DNA of 64,000 nt from Rhina ancylostomus (lineage: Eukaryota). Positions 38,323 to 52,789 of the stretch are shown piece after piece. The notes beneath the pieces were generated by a model. That model was given only the letters and a program-made list of their open reading frames with translations. It did not search any database and was not told the origin of the DNA. The stretch spans positions 67,100,273 through 67,164,272 of the forward strand of contig JARFYF010000094.1 in the NCBI GenBank assembly GCA_030265395.1, in the 5' to 3' direction. A program made the translations under genes and the position numbers. The first letter of the stretch is position 1; each line of letters begins with the position of its first letter.

Positions 38323-38984
38323 CTGGTGGGTTTAAACAAAGCAAAAATCAACCAGTTAAAATGTCACAAAAGAATACAAATCATCAACAGAACAGCAAGA
38401 GTTCAATGTATCTTTCCAAGCCAAACCCAAGATACACCTAAAATCCAAGTATGACATAGCAAAGTATTTTTGCTGTATCATACTTATAAACCACAAGCAG
38501 GTTTGATACCTTTATATAAGCATCACTACAATATACAACTCTGTGGCCCTAGTTCCTCCATTCTTCTCATGAGATTAACTGTACCAATAATTGCATTACT
38601 ATTTTAATAACTCCTGCATCCAACATGGATTCAATGGTAAGGCTGTTATTAAATGCACATTCTTAAATGTCCTTGAGGTGGCAAACTAATTAAAGTACTC
38701 CAACAATGGCATTAAACAGGGAGCCCAATGGTTTTGACCCANNNNNNNNGATAAAACTTCATGTCAAAGTTAAGACTGCATGCATTTTAGTGAGACTGAT
38801 CCTGACCAAGTACAAGCTTGAAACACAAATGGACCTGCTAAAGTCACTGAATACCATTCTTTAAAACTCCAAAGTAAAAATGTTTGAGAAAGATTTCTGT
38901 ACAGAATAAACCAAACAAAAATAAAAAAGATGTTTTACTGCTAATACAAGTAATTACTTTGCTTACTCTATTATATTTATATAC

Positions 38985-39080
38985 CTGTTCTTCTTCTGTA
39001 AAAGGTACAAGTGCTAAAGGTGGCAGGGGCTCCTCTTGCAAAATAGGTAGAAACTCTTTATCAGATAGGTCTACAGGAAC
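38985..39080 (-). CDS. GIGYF2: GIGYF2 coding exon 3 (VPVDLSDKEFLPILQEEPLPPLALVPFTEEEQ)
   Basis: 96 nt, phase 0-0, AG/GT bounded. PLAL auxiliary motif present. Confidence 0.96.
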
Positions 39081-39639
39081 CTAAATTACACAAAGAGGAG
39101 AATTAAAGCAGCTAAAACAAAACCTCCTTTATACAAAATATCATAGATTACAATACCATGAGTTGAAACAGCACTATAACTCAATGTACTAGCTTAAGAG
39201 TGGAAACAAAAGCTACATAGTAATATCATAAAGCTCAAAAAATTGAAGACATTGCAACAAGATCAAATTCAAGCCAACTCATTATCCTAACAGAACATTA
39301 TATGCAGCAAGAATGTGAAACTTAAATATAGTGAATGATGCAACTACTGAATAAATTTCTTTATTCATCTAACTTTGCTGCACTAGCCAAAACTCTTCAG
39401 TTTTAGCCAAAGTTATTTCTAACAAAGTTTATAGTTCTATTTTCAAAATACAAGTTTCCCTAACTGAAGATCATTTAATTATGTTACAAGTAATTTCAGT
39501 TTTTATTATTTAAAAAGTGGCTGATATGTAGTGATGACACTGTCAGAAAAGGAACTGAAATGTTTATAAGCAATTCTATCAAAGTCAACAACTTGTTTCT
39601 CAAAACTACCATGCAACTTAATATGCATTCGCGACATAC

Positions 39640-39769
39640 CTTAACATCCTTTATATAAAGTGCTAGCATTTCTTCCCTCCCATAACGGTAATCTGCTAAC
39701 TTATACTTTGGCAACGCTGGTGAGAGGGGTGGAGAAGTAATACTCCCACCACTTGACAATGCACGGAGC
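39640..39769 (-). CDS. GIGYF2: GIGYF2 coding exon 2 (LRALSSGGSITSPPLSPALPKYKLADYRYGREEMLALYIKDVK); 4EHP-binding motif
   Basis: 130 nt, TTTTTCCTCAG|G acceptor, AAG|GTATGT donor. YRYGREEML fits the YxYx4L-phi 4EHP-binding motif. Confidence 0.97.
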
Positions 39770-40499
39770 CTGAGGAAAAAAGAGAACACACTTAAGACTC
39801 TTAGCAATAGAGAGATTAGCTTGTTTATTTAACTACTGGAGATATTCAATTTATGATTTACACAATTAGTGTCACCACAAAAAAAAGAATCAAATACTTA
39901 CACACTGCCTGAAAATGATTGTTATCTACTGTTGGTACTGCCCAGGTAACATAAGCATGTATTATACAAATAGGGGCCTACCTTGTTATAAATCATAAAA
40001 TTTCCACTATATACCTTTATGTTTAAATTTTAACTAACCCCAAGTTGTCAAATTAAACTAGTTTGCTTAAAGGTTTTCTGAATAAATTTATACAAAATCT
40101 CTTAATATGTCATTAAGAATTATAGCTTATTAACTTGTTCAAACTGCTTCTTTTAATTTTCAAAGCACTTGGGAAACAGTGATCATAACAGGTATATATT
40201 TTTCACAGCAAAGAATTATAAACAATTAAAGGGGAAGTAACTCTAATGGAAGAGGCTAANNNNNNNNNNNNNNNNNNNNNNNNNNNNNNNNNNNNNNNNN
40301 NNNNNNNNNNNNNNNNNNNNNNNNNNNNNNNNNNNNNNNNNNNNNNNNNNNNNNNNNNNNNNNNNNNNNNNNNNNNNNNNNNNNNNNNNNNNNNNNNNNN
40401 NNNNNNNNNNNNNNNNNNNNNNNNNNNNNNNNNNNNNNNNNNNNNNNNNNNNNNNNNNNNNNNNNNNNNNNNNNNNNNNNNNNNNNNNNNNNNNNNNNA

Positions 40500-41275
40500 C
40501 CTCCAGTCTCATTGACAATTCTGTCACTAATTTCATCCTAGCATTAAACAAAATTGTTTCAGAAATAGATCTCTTCTTGCATTAAATCATTATCTTTTGC
40601 TGCTTGCCTTTGAGCCAATTTTGGATCTAATTTGCCACTGTCCTCTGAGTTCCTTAGCTTCTTTTTTATATATATATATATACTTGCCCTCTAAAATTTC
40701 TTCAAAAACCTTGCAAAATTTCATCTAGACTACATTAACTATCCTACCCTTATCAACCCTCCTACTTGCCTTCTCAAAAAACTCAATCACATAAACTTCC
40801 TTTAACAAATCCTCAGCTCTGTCTTTCTAAATAAAAGGTTTATACTGTCCCTCAGATTTTCATATCACTGAAGTTGGCCAATCTTCTGGCACCACTATGG
40901 CGGTCAGGCAGGTTTGAAAAATGAAGATCAGAGTCTCCACGATTTCCACCCTTGCTTCTAACTGCCAGGATTTACTTCATCTAGGCCTGTCAATTATCTA
41001 CTTTCAAAGACACTGAACTCCTCAATGCTTCCTCTCATACGATAGTTTTCAATATTTCACATTCCTCAACTACATCAGCAGCTTCCCCCCTTTTTAGTGA
41101 AAAGAGCAGCAAAATAGTCATTAAGAACCATGGCAATCTCCTCAGTCTTCACANNNNNNNNNNNNNNNNNNNNNNNNNNNNNNNNNNNNNNNNNNNNNNN
41201 NNNNNNNNNNNNNNNNNNNNNNNNNNNNNNNNNNNNNNNNNNNNNNNNNNNNNATGGCAATCGCCTCAGTCTTCA
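40500..41275 (-). mobile_element. CR1-type LINE fragment
   Basis: Minus-strand peptide remnant EEIAMVLNDYFAALFTK resembles CR1 ORF2 (LNxYFxSVFT). Confidence 0.55.
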
Positions 41276-41640
41276 CAAACAGGTCCCAATTATTTTTATA
41301 ATTGTCCTGTAATAATAAGAATACTGTCTGCTTATTTACTTTAATAGACAAAACCATTTCTAGGCTGATAATTTATGTGCCCAGACCTTTTCACGGTTGT
41401 AAATAGAACATTTTTTTTCAGATCACATCAATTTTATTTCTAATTAAGATGTGATTTAAATACAAAAACTCATATTAGTATATTAAATTATTCCGAGTCC
41501 AATTAGAGCAGATAATTAAGTTAAATTGTTTTCAAGGTATGTATAAGAATGTACCCAAAATGTACACATAATCATAACACTTTGATGTAGTAAAACATCC
41601 CAAGGTGCATCAGAGAAACCTTATCAAATGAAATTACACA

Positions 41641-42075
41641 GCACTGTGGCGCTGCAGGTAGTGATCCAATTTTAACCTCGACTTCCAGTGCTGTGTGTGA
41701 AGTTTGCACACTTCTCTTTGATCGCATAAGTTTCATCCAGATTCTCCAATTTCCTCCTAATCCCAGAGACATGCTGGTTGTTAAATTAATAAAAAACAAA
41801 TTGTTGGAGGAACTCAGCAGGTCTATGGAGGCAAAGGGACAGTAGACATTTTGGGTCAAGTCCCTACATCAGGACCCAGCATCTGCAGTGTCTTGTGTCT
41901 CTGTTAATTGGCTACTGTAAATTGCTGCTTGTATAGGTGGGTGGCAGAAGAATCAGAGTGGTGTTAATGAATGAGCGAGAGAGAACAGGTTACAGAGAAA
42001 ATAATCGGGGGATGGATTTGATGGGATTGCTCTAGAAACTGGCATGGACTCGATAGGCCAAAAGCATCCAACTAC
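41641..42075 (+). mobile_element. tRNA-derived SINE interrupted by a Penelope-terminus fragment (about 41790-41902)
   Basis: The SINE body breaks at GTTAAATT and resumes at GTTAATTGGCTACTGTAAATTG. The insert carries GGAACTCAGCAGGTC...CCAGCATCTGCAG. Confidence 0.75.
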
Positions 42076-44308
42076 TTGTAAGGAAATATGATATGCTAAT
42101 ATGAACTTGGTAACATTAAGAAGATGTAAAGAAAGACACTCAGTCAACAAGCTAAGTTTTAAGGGACAACTTATGCTAGGCGAGCGGTGAGGAGATAAGA
42201 GATACAGAGAGATTTAGGAGAAGGAATTCCAAAACTTACGGTATCACCATCTGAAGGTGTGGCTGCCTACAGTGCAGCAATTAAAACAGGCCAGAACTGA
42301 AGTACAAATCTTGCTCTTAGTTGGGGGCTAGCGAGAGATTAGGTAGGAGTTGGGGACAAAGTCACAGGGTGTTTTAGAAAAAGAATTCTAAAACTGATAA
42401 ACTTTACTGGAAGTAAGGGATGATAGGTGAAAATGATGGTACAAGGGAAAGACAATTTTCAATGACTTCAAGTTACAGAGCAAAGAGCAAGGCCAGCCAG
42501 AAATGCATCGGAAAAGCTGCCTTGAAGAAACAAAGGCAACATAGCTTCAGTAACTAATCTTAAGCCCCTGTTAGACAATTCAGCAAAGTTTCTTAAAAGC
42601 AAACTATTGATATAGCATTTCAAAATTGAACACCAAATTCAGTAATGTGCTTTGTTCATATTAAAAGCCACCATTTGGAGAACAAGATGCATAAAATCTT
42701 TCTCCACTGATTAAATATTGACCTGAACAATGTATTGTTGGCTCTGATTAGTTCTTTGGTTTGCATCCTACATCAAAACCCTGCTCTCCATGTGATTTTC
42801 AGTGATCATTAAAGCAGTACTTTTTTTAAAAAAAAGGCACCTTCTACAGTTTCTCACAGACATCATTTAAATCACATTTTACTTTTTCCCTGTAAAGTTT
42901 GGTGGCAATGGAACATCGTTTAAAGCTTTATAATATATTCATGCAGACTAAGATGAGAAATACTTCCATTTTTTGAAAGCTGAATTTAACTACATTAATG
43001 GGAACAACAGAAATTACATCACATAATGGTAAGACACATGACACCTAAAACTGGTTATTGAGTTGTCTAGACACCTCTAAGTGAGTCCATATTAGGATCA
43101 CAAAGTGCACTGCAATACTTCACAAATTCCCCAAAATATGAACTAAAATCGAATTAATGGAATATTAATAGGCATCTCTTCCGTACTCAGTTAGAGTAAT
43201 TTGAATGTCTGGCTGGCTTCTGCTTTGAAATTTCTGCAATGCAGGTTATTGTTTATGAAGTTTTTTTTGATTGAATCTTGGCTTAGGGTTACATGAAACA
43301 ATGGCCTCATTTGCTTTCTTTCTCTTTAGGTTTTATTACAAAAGCCTCCATTATTTTATTAGACTGTTTTCATTCCACCTTTCAAATACTCCAATCAACA
43401 ATTTAATGTGAATTCATTTCTCAAAATGCACCTATTTTCTTGATACAACCGACTTGTTATGAAATATCATGAATGCACAACNNNNNNNNNNNNNNNNNNN
43501 NNNNNNNNNNNNNNNNNNNNNNNNNNGGAATATACTCAACTGGGGGGAAAAAACGCATGTCTTAAAAAGTCTTTCTCCAGGTTTAACAACATGGAAGAAT
43601 ATTAAAAGTGCATGATGAAGTATTGAAAGAATATTGGGGTAGAAAAATCAGAGGAAAATCCATTTTTTTAAAAAATCAACTTCATTAGGTGGTGAAAAAG
43701 TCAATTTACATGGAATTCTTGCTCAAGATTATTTCAAGCAACAAAGACCTACACCACATTTTAATTAGGTTGATCACTGTAGATTTCTTATAAATTCTTG
43801 TATCACATCATCAATTAATGTTCAGGTCAATTGATCAATTACACTGAAAAGCCTGATACATGCAAATTGTATCGCACATCTGCAACATGTTACTTCCTTT
43901 GAAGACTTACAAAAGTACTTTGTTTTACTTCTAAACCCAACACACTGATCCACTCGATATATTGAGAATAACAAGTATATTCTATGTTCTCATTTAAAAT
44001 CTACACCAGTTATTTGATTCCTGCACCTACAAAAGAATATGACTGTGCTTAGCAATTGAATTGCCCTCTACAGAGCAGGGAACTCCTAAACATTAAGCCC
44101 TCCAACTATGACACTGACAATCTAAACAAATTATCTACTGTATGTTGAATACATTCAGTCAATGTTGTTAAAGTGAACATTTTACTGTAAGAAGTCCAAT
44201 ATACTTCATTCAAAGAAGTAATTTTCCCCAGAGACCAACACAAATCAGGTTAATAATGTTTCCAGCATTAAAAATGAGATAATTACAAAATAATAAAAGA
44301 TTTCTTAC

Positions 44309-44349
44309 CACTCAGGTCCAAAGTTAAGCGTCTGTGTTTCTGCTGCCAT
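44309..44349 (-). CDS. GIGYF2: GIGYF2 first coding exon (MAAETQTLNFGPEW); whole exon 44309-44369
   Basis: Translation matches the GIGYF N-terminus. Acceptor TATTTCCACAG before 44369, donor TG|GTAAGA. 41 coding nt, phase 2. Confidence 0.95.
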
Positions 44350-47300
44350 TTCCTCTGTCACCCAATTCACTGTGGAAATACAAATAAAAGTAAATTGACA
44401 AAATAGTTGCAATATATTTTTTAAAAACATAACACTTTTATGACCAAGAAGTAAGGGTGTAATCAGGTGACTAAGACCCACACAACAAAATTAAGCTCAT
44501 TACCTATGATGTAAAAAAAGTATAGTAATGTCGATTTGTTGTTTAGTATGAAACATCAACATGATTCGGCCTTCTCATGTGGGTAAGACAATTTGAGGGG
44601 CAGATAATTCTACAGATATTTTGTCCTCTAAACCCTATAGAACATATAGAATTTGAACACCTTAATAGAACCATCAGTAGAATTCATTACCATTTAAAAG
44701 TTTAGTGAGTGAAGTACCAGAAAGTTGGTTATATAAATGCTACAAGTTCAAAAGGAAAATGAAAATGAGGTAAGTGACAGTATCCTGCAAGTGATGCAAG
44801 TAACAGTACCCTACATGGAAACTCAATTCAATTTCAAAATATAGTTAAATATGCAGATATTCACTAAAAATACTGGGGAAAACAATGGTTAAACACTTCA
44901 GAATGCATAGTGGAATGATAAATAGAATTAAAAATTCTCCCATAATAATGGAGAACAAGATCCACTTAAAGAGAATGCCAACAAGGATTGTTCTGGAATG
45001 ATTAAGCCAAGGAGAAAAATACAGCATCAGGAGATGACTTGCACTAGCATGATTAGGAAAGCTACTAGCAAGTCAAAATTCCAAAATATTTGAGATGGTA
45101 GTTCTTTTCCTAAAGTCCATAGAATAGCAAAAAAAAGATTATGAGTGTTTCTAGCAATAGCAACTGTATTTCAGTTGAAGAATTTCACCTGAAGGTAGAA
45201 CTCAATTGCGTGTGACCCTAGACCTCAGTTCAAAAGCTTACAACCAAATGCAGAACACTTCTACTACCAAAAAAAGAGCCACTGAAAATATATGCAAAAC
45301 TGTACAACAAATATGCATAATGAGCATTAATGCAAAAGATGCTTATGTGACTTGTATACCAGATCTTCTGCAACCAATCCACACAATTTATCACAATATT
45401 ACTAGAAAGACAAGCCATTGCTAATTGGTGTCCATGTAAATTAATTTTACTAGCCAAAAAAGCAGGTATATCATAACACAATACAGGTACCAATCAACAG
45501 CTCCAAAAAGGAGCAAATATTTAATCTTGCGGAGATTACTGTTACGATACCAGATGAGTTTTTAAATCCAGTGGTGCCATTGAGACCTGTTAACATGAAA
45601 AAAGCAGCCAGAATACTACAGTTGCTGCTGCTATGCAAATAGCAGAGAGAAAAAGATGTCCAAACAATTGGGTCTAATGAACAGATGGCAGAATCATTGT
45701 GAATTATTACATTGAGATAAAATTCATAACATTAAGTAAAATAATTTTGTAGATGAACATGGAGACAAAAGAAAGCAATTTACAATTAAGAGTACTGAGA
45801 AAAATACTTGTAGCAACATACATAACATTCAAGCTTTTGTTGCTTCAATGTTTTATGCCACTGTACGGATTCTCATGGATTCCTAAACTTTCCTAAAATC
45901 GCTTGATCTAAACTACTGGATAATTTTTACTCTCCAAAATGTCCAATCAGCAGTCTCACTGGTCCTCAATGTCCTTTAAGACGCTGACAATATTTAATTA
46001 ATTTTAAATACTATTGTTTCTCTATATTACAAAGTGTACCCTTCAAGAATACTTAATGAGCTAAAGTATTTGGGACATCCTGAGAATAAAAATTCACTTT
46101 TTAAAATAGAACATTCTTTTTATATTTTTTAAAAAAATAATTTGCTATTTACTCAATAAAATCAAATTTAGTACTCAGGATCAAAACAACTTTGATCATA
46201 CTTAGTTTTCATCTTCCCTGTTCAAATTATGTATGGGCTTTATCACTCAGCCCAAGCCCCAATACTTCACACATGTAATGTCAGATGGAACCAACACTGG
46301 AGAGGGCAAGTAACTTCCGAGATGCTGTAGTTAAACCTTCAGCCCTCTAGTATTCCTCGCTCAGAAATTACTTTTGAATGTGTTTCTACCTACAACTAAT
46401 TACACAAAAAGTGAATAGACTATCACATTCCTGCCTTCAGCCACCTAGATAATGTGAAGATTTATAGGTTCAGGAAGCTAGACTCTGTCCTGCTCTTTTA
46501 TTTTCAACTGTGACCTAAGTTTCCAGTCAATCGCTGAAAAAACAATCAGGAATGGCAGTCAGTTTTGGGCATGAATGCTAATCGTCACTTGTCAGTGTAA
46601 ATTCAACAAATATGAAACCTGTATATTTCTGCATTACAAGAGTTTAAGTTAATGGGTAAGTAAAATGTTAATTGTTCATTGGCAGCATTATGCAAATCAA
46701 GCTGATTGAAAACAGGCAAAATGCTGTAAGAATAATATCTTGGAAAATGATCATCACAACACAAGGTAGCTTGATAAAGTATTAAAACAACAGAATAGCA
46801 AAAAGTACAATGTAATGTGCTATGCATCGCTCCAAAATGATTATTACATTCATATAAATGATCATAACCAGTGCCCTTGACATCTAATGTTTTAAGAAAA
46901 AATGGATTAAATACAATGAAATAATATTAAGTAAAATACAAGCTTATGAAAATAGCCCCTTTGAATGCTGAATACCCAACAAAATTTGAGAAATATAATA
47001 GATTACAAGTGCACCAATCATATTTTCTTTAATTCACAATGAGAGGTTACCAGTGGGCCCACTACCATTTCTAATTTTATTCTGAAACTCAATGTACTCA
47101 ACTTACAGATGTCACCAAACAGCAACTTGCACATATGATCTTATCTTTATCACATCTGATCCCAAGATGCTTTATGGAAGTGCAATTATGATGTGGGTTT
47201 TGAGCAAGGTCTTAAAAACAGAGTTGGGTCAGTTAGAGGGGTTTTGTAAGGTAATTTACCACTACAGGTAGCTGAAGTAAACATGACCAAAAATGAAGCA

Positions 47301-47736
47301 CTGAGAACACATGGTCAGAACCTGAGGGCATCATACTCTTGAAGATGGAGATGGTGTGGGACTAGAAAATAGTTACACAGAATGGGGCAATAAAGGATTT
47401 AAAGGATCCAAGGATTGGGGATGAAAATTTTAAAATCAAACTAAAGGTGATCAAGAAGCTGTTAGCAATCAGTAAATTTAGGGTTGATGAGCATGCAATA
47501 TTGGGTATTTCACTCAGGGTTCTAAAGGATGCCAGAATTCCAAATAATCTAGTACAACTCTAGTTGAACANNNNNNNNNNAGAGCATCCTGAGAAACGTG
47601 CATTTGTTGACAAAGATGAATTCAACTGGAAGCAAATGCTCCAATTCTAGAAAGGACACTGGTCTAGATGACCGACAGGAAGAGGCTTTGGGAAATGACA
47701 GACCACATACACGAAGACTGGGGAGGGGGAGGGCTG

Positions 47737-48087
47737 GGGGCACAATTGAACAGTTAGTAGAGCTAATGCCTCACAGTGGCAGAGACCTAGGTTCATTCCT
47801 GTCCTTGGGAGATGTCTGGGTGGAGTTCACATGTCCTCTGTGACTATGTAGGTATGTAGATTTCCTCCTGCATCCCAAAGATGTGCAGGTTGGGACGATT
47901 GCCTTTAGTACGTGAGTGGTAGAACCTGGGGGGGAGAGGGGTTGGCTGAGCGGGGGGGGAGGGGTGGAGCTGGTGAGAATGAAAAAAATGAGATTAACTT
48001 AAGACTAGTGCAAGTGATGGTCAATGGTCAGCATGGACTCAGTGAGCTGAAGAGCCTGTTTCCATATAGTCTCTCTCTTGAATCTAT
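47737..48087 (+). mobile_element. tRNA-derived SINE, same family
   Basis: GGTTCATTCC B-box, GTGGAGTTCACATGT body, AGAGCCTGTTTCC tail. Confidence 0.85.
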
Positions 48088-49324
48088 GGCCTACTTAGAT
48101 GTTTGAGTCAAACTAGAAGACATCAGGAGAGGAAACATTAAAACAGGCAATCAAAACTTTTGTTAAGTACTCAGAATTTAACAGAACACCTATAAATTAT
48201 TTAAATGTCTCTCCGACTTATCACATCTTGGAAGTTGCATTTAAATGTGCAATAGTATGAGGAACATACATACATATTCAAACCTTGTATAAATAAAAGC
48301 ATTTAAGGAGCATGCTTCCTGTTCACCTTTAGATACTGACATGGTATAGAAAGAGTATTAATCCTAAAGGTAACAACTTTTGTTACAAGTCTATGTCTAT
48401 ACTATAATTTATCTTGATACTGACAGGAAAAAAGTTCTAGATCATAGGTAACTCCACTGATACTTATAACAGGAAAATGAGAACATATCTGGTGGAAAAA
48501 GGCCTTTTTTAAAAAAAATCACAGGATCCATTTTAAAGCTAGCGCTCACTCTGCAGCACCACTACAAGCATATTGACTTTACCACTAGGCTGGTAATCAA
48601 AAGGCCCGGAATCATGACCTGAAGGAAAATTGAAATCCCACCACTAATTTATTGCTAAATGAAGATCTTAAATAAAAAACCTGGTATCCATAATCATTCT
48701 TCTTTGCCAAGTCCTCAGGTTCGAAGATCATTTGTTTCTGCTCTGGATCTGAAAGTTCCGAGGTAGCTGAAAAGTCTTAGGTGGGATCAACAAACTCTGT
48801 AATAGGTGAGGAAAGTGGAGCTTGATGAAGCAAGTAGATGGGGTGCCTGGTACACTGTACACTCCTTCCATTTTTTATGCATTGCCTCAGTGCACTGCTG
48901 TTATTCAAACTCCAGCTGCTTAGTGTTGTCCAGGATATCACTAGTCCACTAGCTGACCATCACCCATTCACTTACGCTAGTAGCTACATGCTGGAGTTCC
49001 CACAAATTTGAGAGGGCATGACATTTGCTCAAAGAGACTGGAACATCAATGAAGCATTTTCTCCTTTATTCTAGAAATCTCTTCCCACGAAGAGGATACT
49101 TGTTTCAGGAGTCTACTGCAAGGCATGTAGACAGTGCAGCCCATCCACCAAAGATGAGTGAACATGATCAAAGCCTTGAAGCAGAGGATATTGGCTTGAA
49201 GGACACTGACGCAGTTTCACCGATCTTTCCGACAGATTTGGAGAATTTGGCAGGTCCAGATTGCTGTTAAAGTCTCATCAAATTTACTAAGGTCATTCAG
49301 TGAAAGAAATCAACCATCCATAAG

Positions 49325-49515
49325 AAAAACAGAATTCTGGAAATACTCAAGTCAGGCAGCATCTATAAAGAAAGAAACAGTTAATATTTCAGGTTGCAAA
49401 CCTTTCATCAGAACCATCGACTTGAAACATTAACTGTTCCTCATTCAACAGGTGCCACCTAACCTGCTGAATTTTTCTAGCACTGTTATTTCAGATTTCC
49501 AGCATCTACAGTCTT
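49325..49515. repeat. Fold-back Penelope-terminus-derived short repeat with hammerhead-like core
   Basis: Left arm CTGGAAATACTCAAGTCAGGCAGCATCT is the reverse complement of right arm AGGTGCCACCTAACCTGCTGAATTTTTCTAG. Related copies at about 1400-1625, 15830-15980, 22685-22770, 24020-24120, 30720-31080, 34445-34565, 51160-51260 and 59930-60040. Confidence 0.75.
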
Positions 49516-52500
49516 TTAATTTTCCATCCCATAACTGGTGACTGCAGACCAGCAGCAATGGGCTCAACTTTAACTTCCACATGAAATAGTCTTCTAGAGG
49601 CAAGTGGGAACAGACAATGAATGGTGCCTTGCCGGCAATGCCTACACAGCATAAAGGATGACAAATGATGCCAAAATCAGTACAAAGAACCACACCTTAG
49701 ATGGCAGTAATCAATATAAATGCTGCCTCTGCCTGCTCTATTATACAGATCAGAAACACAATTCTTTCATTGTAGCCTGCATGTACTTTCCTCAGTGCAA
49801 TGGAAACAGCTACCAAAATAATAAAAATTGTAGCATCCACAAAAGCAGCAACCATTCATATGGACTGCATTAATCAGTCTATATATATATTACAGTTACT
49901 ACATTTAGTGAAGAACATGAACTCCCAAGAGTTCCTCTCACATTGTTAAATAGCTTTTAATTGACTTTACCTACTCTAAGGTGTGGAGATCATGCAGAAT
50001 TTGTCTGGTTTGCATAGCAGCTTCACATTGATTTATAACAGAGATGATCACCCTCTAAATGGTGACAGTAAAAAAAACCATAGAATTCCATAACAAGCTT
50101 GGGCACAGACTCCAAGTGACCAAAGATAACAGGTGCAAAAACAGCAGGAATGTGACCCAAGTGCCACCTTCCACAAAAATTATAAAGCTCCATAAGCAAC
50201 AGCTTCATCTGTAATGTTCAGGCACAGAATTTGACACGAGATTTAGATTGTCCAGATGAAGATGATGGCCTATATGGCCAAGGTAAAAGAAAAAGCTAAA
50301 TTCTAGCATGCATACATTTTTCTTAATAGCTCCACTTCCTGTGTTACTGATGTCACAAGTCAAAGTCAGAGGTACTCAATCTTTTTTGTTCTGCCCTACT
50401 GCAAAAAGATTTGGTTCTTCCTGCCCCCTTAATCCACCAATTATAAAGACAAAGTATTTTTTTCAATTATACCCATCCCAACCACCAGTGTAAGACACAT
50501 ATCAGGTCGTTAGTTAAAGCTTTTTTATGGTGCTTTTCATTATAGAATAAAGAAATACAATTAACCCAGACTTTCATCCAAGAATAGAATATTAAGCACA
50601 CACTAAAATACATATTATCCAGATAAAATAATAATGTGGATGTTGTTGTTTAGCAAGGCCAACAAAATGCAGACAAATGGAAAGCAAATGTCAGCCCCAT
50701 CTCCACCCCCCCACCACACCCCCACCCAGCCCACACACCCCCAACCCCCCCAACTCAGCTAGGCCTCTGAAAAGAAAAACTAATGCAGGAATATGGGATA
50801 TTAGAGGAATAAATGAAGATACTGATCATGATTTTCAAGGGAATCATGCTTATATTTTTTATAGCCAAATGTTTAGATTGGGAATATAAATGTCAACTGG
50901 AACCAAAAAAAAAATTGGAGCCTTTTAAACAGTTGCTTTTCTCTGGAATTTTAATGACTGCTCNNNNNNNNNNNNNNNNNNNNNNNNNNNNTGAAACTAT
51001 TTTTTCTGCCTCAAATTTAATGTGCCACTTCCAAATTTAATGTTCTACATGGCAAGACTTTCAGATATGAAGCATTTTAATTGCAGCATATGCTAAAAGT
51101 AGCATAATAATTTCAAAAAACAAATTAAATTTGTCAACTACTTGAAAAAGCTATAAAAGGCAGAGTCTGGAAATCTGAAAAAGAAAACAAAATACCAGGA
51201 ATACTCAGGTCAGGCAGCATCTGTGGAGAGAGAGAGTTAGTGATCTTTCATGAAACTGTATGCAAGAAAGATTTACCCATTTGCAGGTCTTATGCTTTAA
51301 GTCGATGTAAAACAACTTCAGCTGACAAATTGACAATGTAGTTTTAATACAGTAAAATAAATGGTAAATGCTGTTTATTACTGCATTAGCAATTGCACCA
51401 AACTTTTGAGGGGAGTAGAAGATGAGAAAAGAGTGGGAGAAGAGAAGCTGGATATGTAAAAACATCGTTCCAAGTCTCCACCCATAAGAAGGCACAATTC
51501 ACCACAAGAAACTGCAACACATCAGTAATCTAGTATTTTTTTTAAAAACTTCATTTTATATCAATTTCATACATTCTATTCCATTGGTTTTAAGCTAAAT
51601 ACAGTCAGGAGTTGTGATACATTTCTAACAAATGCAGAAAATAACAGCTTTAGCAGCAGATAAACTAACTTACAATGAACAAGAGTCTCAATATTACAGA
51701 AAAAAATCCAAACTCATTTGTCATTGAATGTACAGTATTGTTAAGAGCTGTTGATAGCTAGCTTTTAACTGTCACATAACAAAATCAATTACATATCACA
51801 ATGTTTTATATGCTTACACAAGCATGATTTTTGATTTTCAAACTCTAAGTTTTGGACCTGAATGCAATTGAGATGAAGGGTTCAATGATTTGCACCAAAT
51901 TATCCTGTATTTTACGTTATATCATTCACCAAATATTACACAACACACTGTTGACCAAAGAAACTGAATTATTTACTAAAAACATCCAAAATTAATTTCA
52001 TTCAAAACTATGTTACCAACAAAGAATATGACATTCCAAAAACTAACATCCTTCTACAAGTCAAGAATTCAAATAAAAACAATCCAGGACAATAAAGTGT
52101 CAGTGATGAAGTATAAATATACATTTTGAAATTACTCTTGTAGAAATACAGACACCAGTGTCATCGCTAGTAACAATTGTGACATCATTAGACATTTCTT
52201 GTACATGTTCTAAATTTGGGAGTTTTAAATACTGATTGTGTAAATTCCAAACAATCTTTATTAAAAGAAAACAAATAGGATTATTTGTAAACAAATCTGG
52301 ATTATTATATTTATAACTGAGGGTGGGGAATTCATTTGACAGAAGGAAATTATACTCCAAGAAAAATCTACTCCATTTGCCCTTCTCATTTCTCATTCAG
52401 ACACTGTAACCACAGTAAATCGTTAATGTTAGAACACCATAACTGTAATGGTTCATCGTCAACAAACTATTATAAGTCACAATCATGCAGGCACCACTGA

Positions 52501-52789
52501 TAAAAATTCAGATTTAAAAGTCNNNNNNNNNNNNNNNNNNNNNNNNNNNNNNNNNNNNNNNNNNNNNNNNNNNNNNNNNNNNNNNNNNNNNNNNNNNNNN
52601 NNNNNNNNNNNNNNNNNNNNNNTAAAAGTCGGTGAGATCAATCCTAATATTTACACTTTATTTTTTTTGGGGTGGGTTGGAGAACAAGTGAAGCAAGATT
52701 TGAATCAACACTTAAATATTAATCTAAGACTTCACTGTGACTCCTGTGAGGGTATGGAATTCAAGCCAGCCCAAGAGCTGCAGCCTCCT

